Below, in pieces: positions 63,464 through 64,000 of a stretch of 64,000 nt of DNA. Source of the DNA: Smithellaceae bacterium (lineage in GTDB: Bacteria; Desulfobacterota; Syntrophia; Syntrophales; Smithellaceae); the NCBI GenBank assembly GCA_963667845.2, contig CAXXVL010000002.1, forward strand, positions 3,040,001 through 3,104,000. Direction: 5' to 3'. Below the pieces are notes generated by a model, which was given only the letters and a program-made list of their open reading frames with translations, was not told where the DNA came from and did not search any database. Made by a program: the position numbers and the translations under genes. Position 1 is the stretch's first letter. Each line of letters opens with the position of its first letter.

Positions 63464-64000
63464 TCATTCGGGTATAAAGCTGACCTCAACGCGACGGTTC
63501 ATTTTTCGCCCTTCAGGTGTATCATTTGATGCGGCAGGTTTGCTGTCACCCATTACTCTTAATTCCAGCTTGATGTCTTTGCTTAGCCCCATCTTGTTCA
63601 ATACGGCAATTACCGAAGACGAACGTTGTGCAGAAAGTAACAAATTGGTTGAACTGCTGGCCGATGTATCGGAGTGCCCGTCAATAACCAGGCGGCCTTT
63701 TCCCGTTTTGATTTTTGCCACCAGCGCTTTCAATTTGGCAAGCTCCTGACCTTTTAGACTCGTGCTGGCTGCTTCAAAATAAAGGGATTCAGTCAGTGAG
63801 GGCTCGCTCGTTTTTGCCTGAGCCGACGCCTTTACCGGTTCGGGCGCCTTTGTCTGAGCGGGGCTCACGACTTTTGCCGTGCTTAATTTCCCGGCGGGTG
63901 CCACAACTGCTGCCGGCGCAGGCGCTGGCGTGGATGTCGCCGCAGGCTTTCCTGCCTTTGCCGCTTGGGCTCTTTTATCGGCGCATGCCTTTCTGGAGGC
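63464..64000 (-). CDS. OmpA-like peptidoglycan-binding protein, C-terminal part; runs off the window end
   Basis: DGHSD, NLLLSAQRS, NRRVEV; Ala/Pro linker open to 64000. Confidence 0.88.
   Translation of the reverse strand, partial: ASRKACADKRAQAAKAGKPAATSTPAPAPAAVVAPAGKLSTAKVVSPAQTKAPEPVKASAQAKTSEPSLTESLYFEAASTSLKGQELAKLKALVAKIKTGKGRLVIDGHSDTSASSSTNLLLSAQRSSSVIAVLNKMGLSKDIKLELRVMGDSKPAASNDTPEGRKMNRRVEVSFIPE

Overview
64 kb of bacterial chromosome. Gene content (sigma-54 activator, CheD/CheX/HDOD chemosensory operon, dprA-topA-trmFO, tupABC, ADP-forming acyl-CoA synthetase, CoA-transferase, rubrerythrin) suggests an anaerobic Desulfobacterota/Syntrophales-like organism; the taxonomy is inference. 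Main finding, 9.7-25 kb: a flagellar/chemotaxis locus with its structural genes eroded and its regulators retained. Only frameshifted remnants of flgL (clear) and flgJ (likely) remain. Intact or near-intact are a FleQ-like activator with matching boxes, tandem sigma-54 promoters, cheR-cheD-HDOD-cheY-cheX-cheB-cheA (CheA with an MshEN-like insert), flhG (Walker A K->R), fliA, a pseudo-histidine kinase, flgM, a short csrA missing from the ORF track, and a perfect sigma-28 promoter upstream of a small gene and an HD-GYP phosphodiesterase. Other notable items: a thaumatin-like lipoprotein; four tRNAs with a decayed tRNA-Lys duplicate bracketing a diguanylate cyclase; a stand-alone divergent EF-G; an internally deleted crotonase-family pseudogene; a structured rubrerythrin leader; an orphan WspA-type chemoreceptor; mdtABC efflux genes; and a tungstate ABC operon. 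All calls come from motif recognition by eye; no database searches were run. No CRISPR array, rRNA, integrase or transposase was seen.
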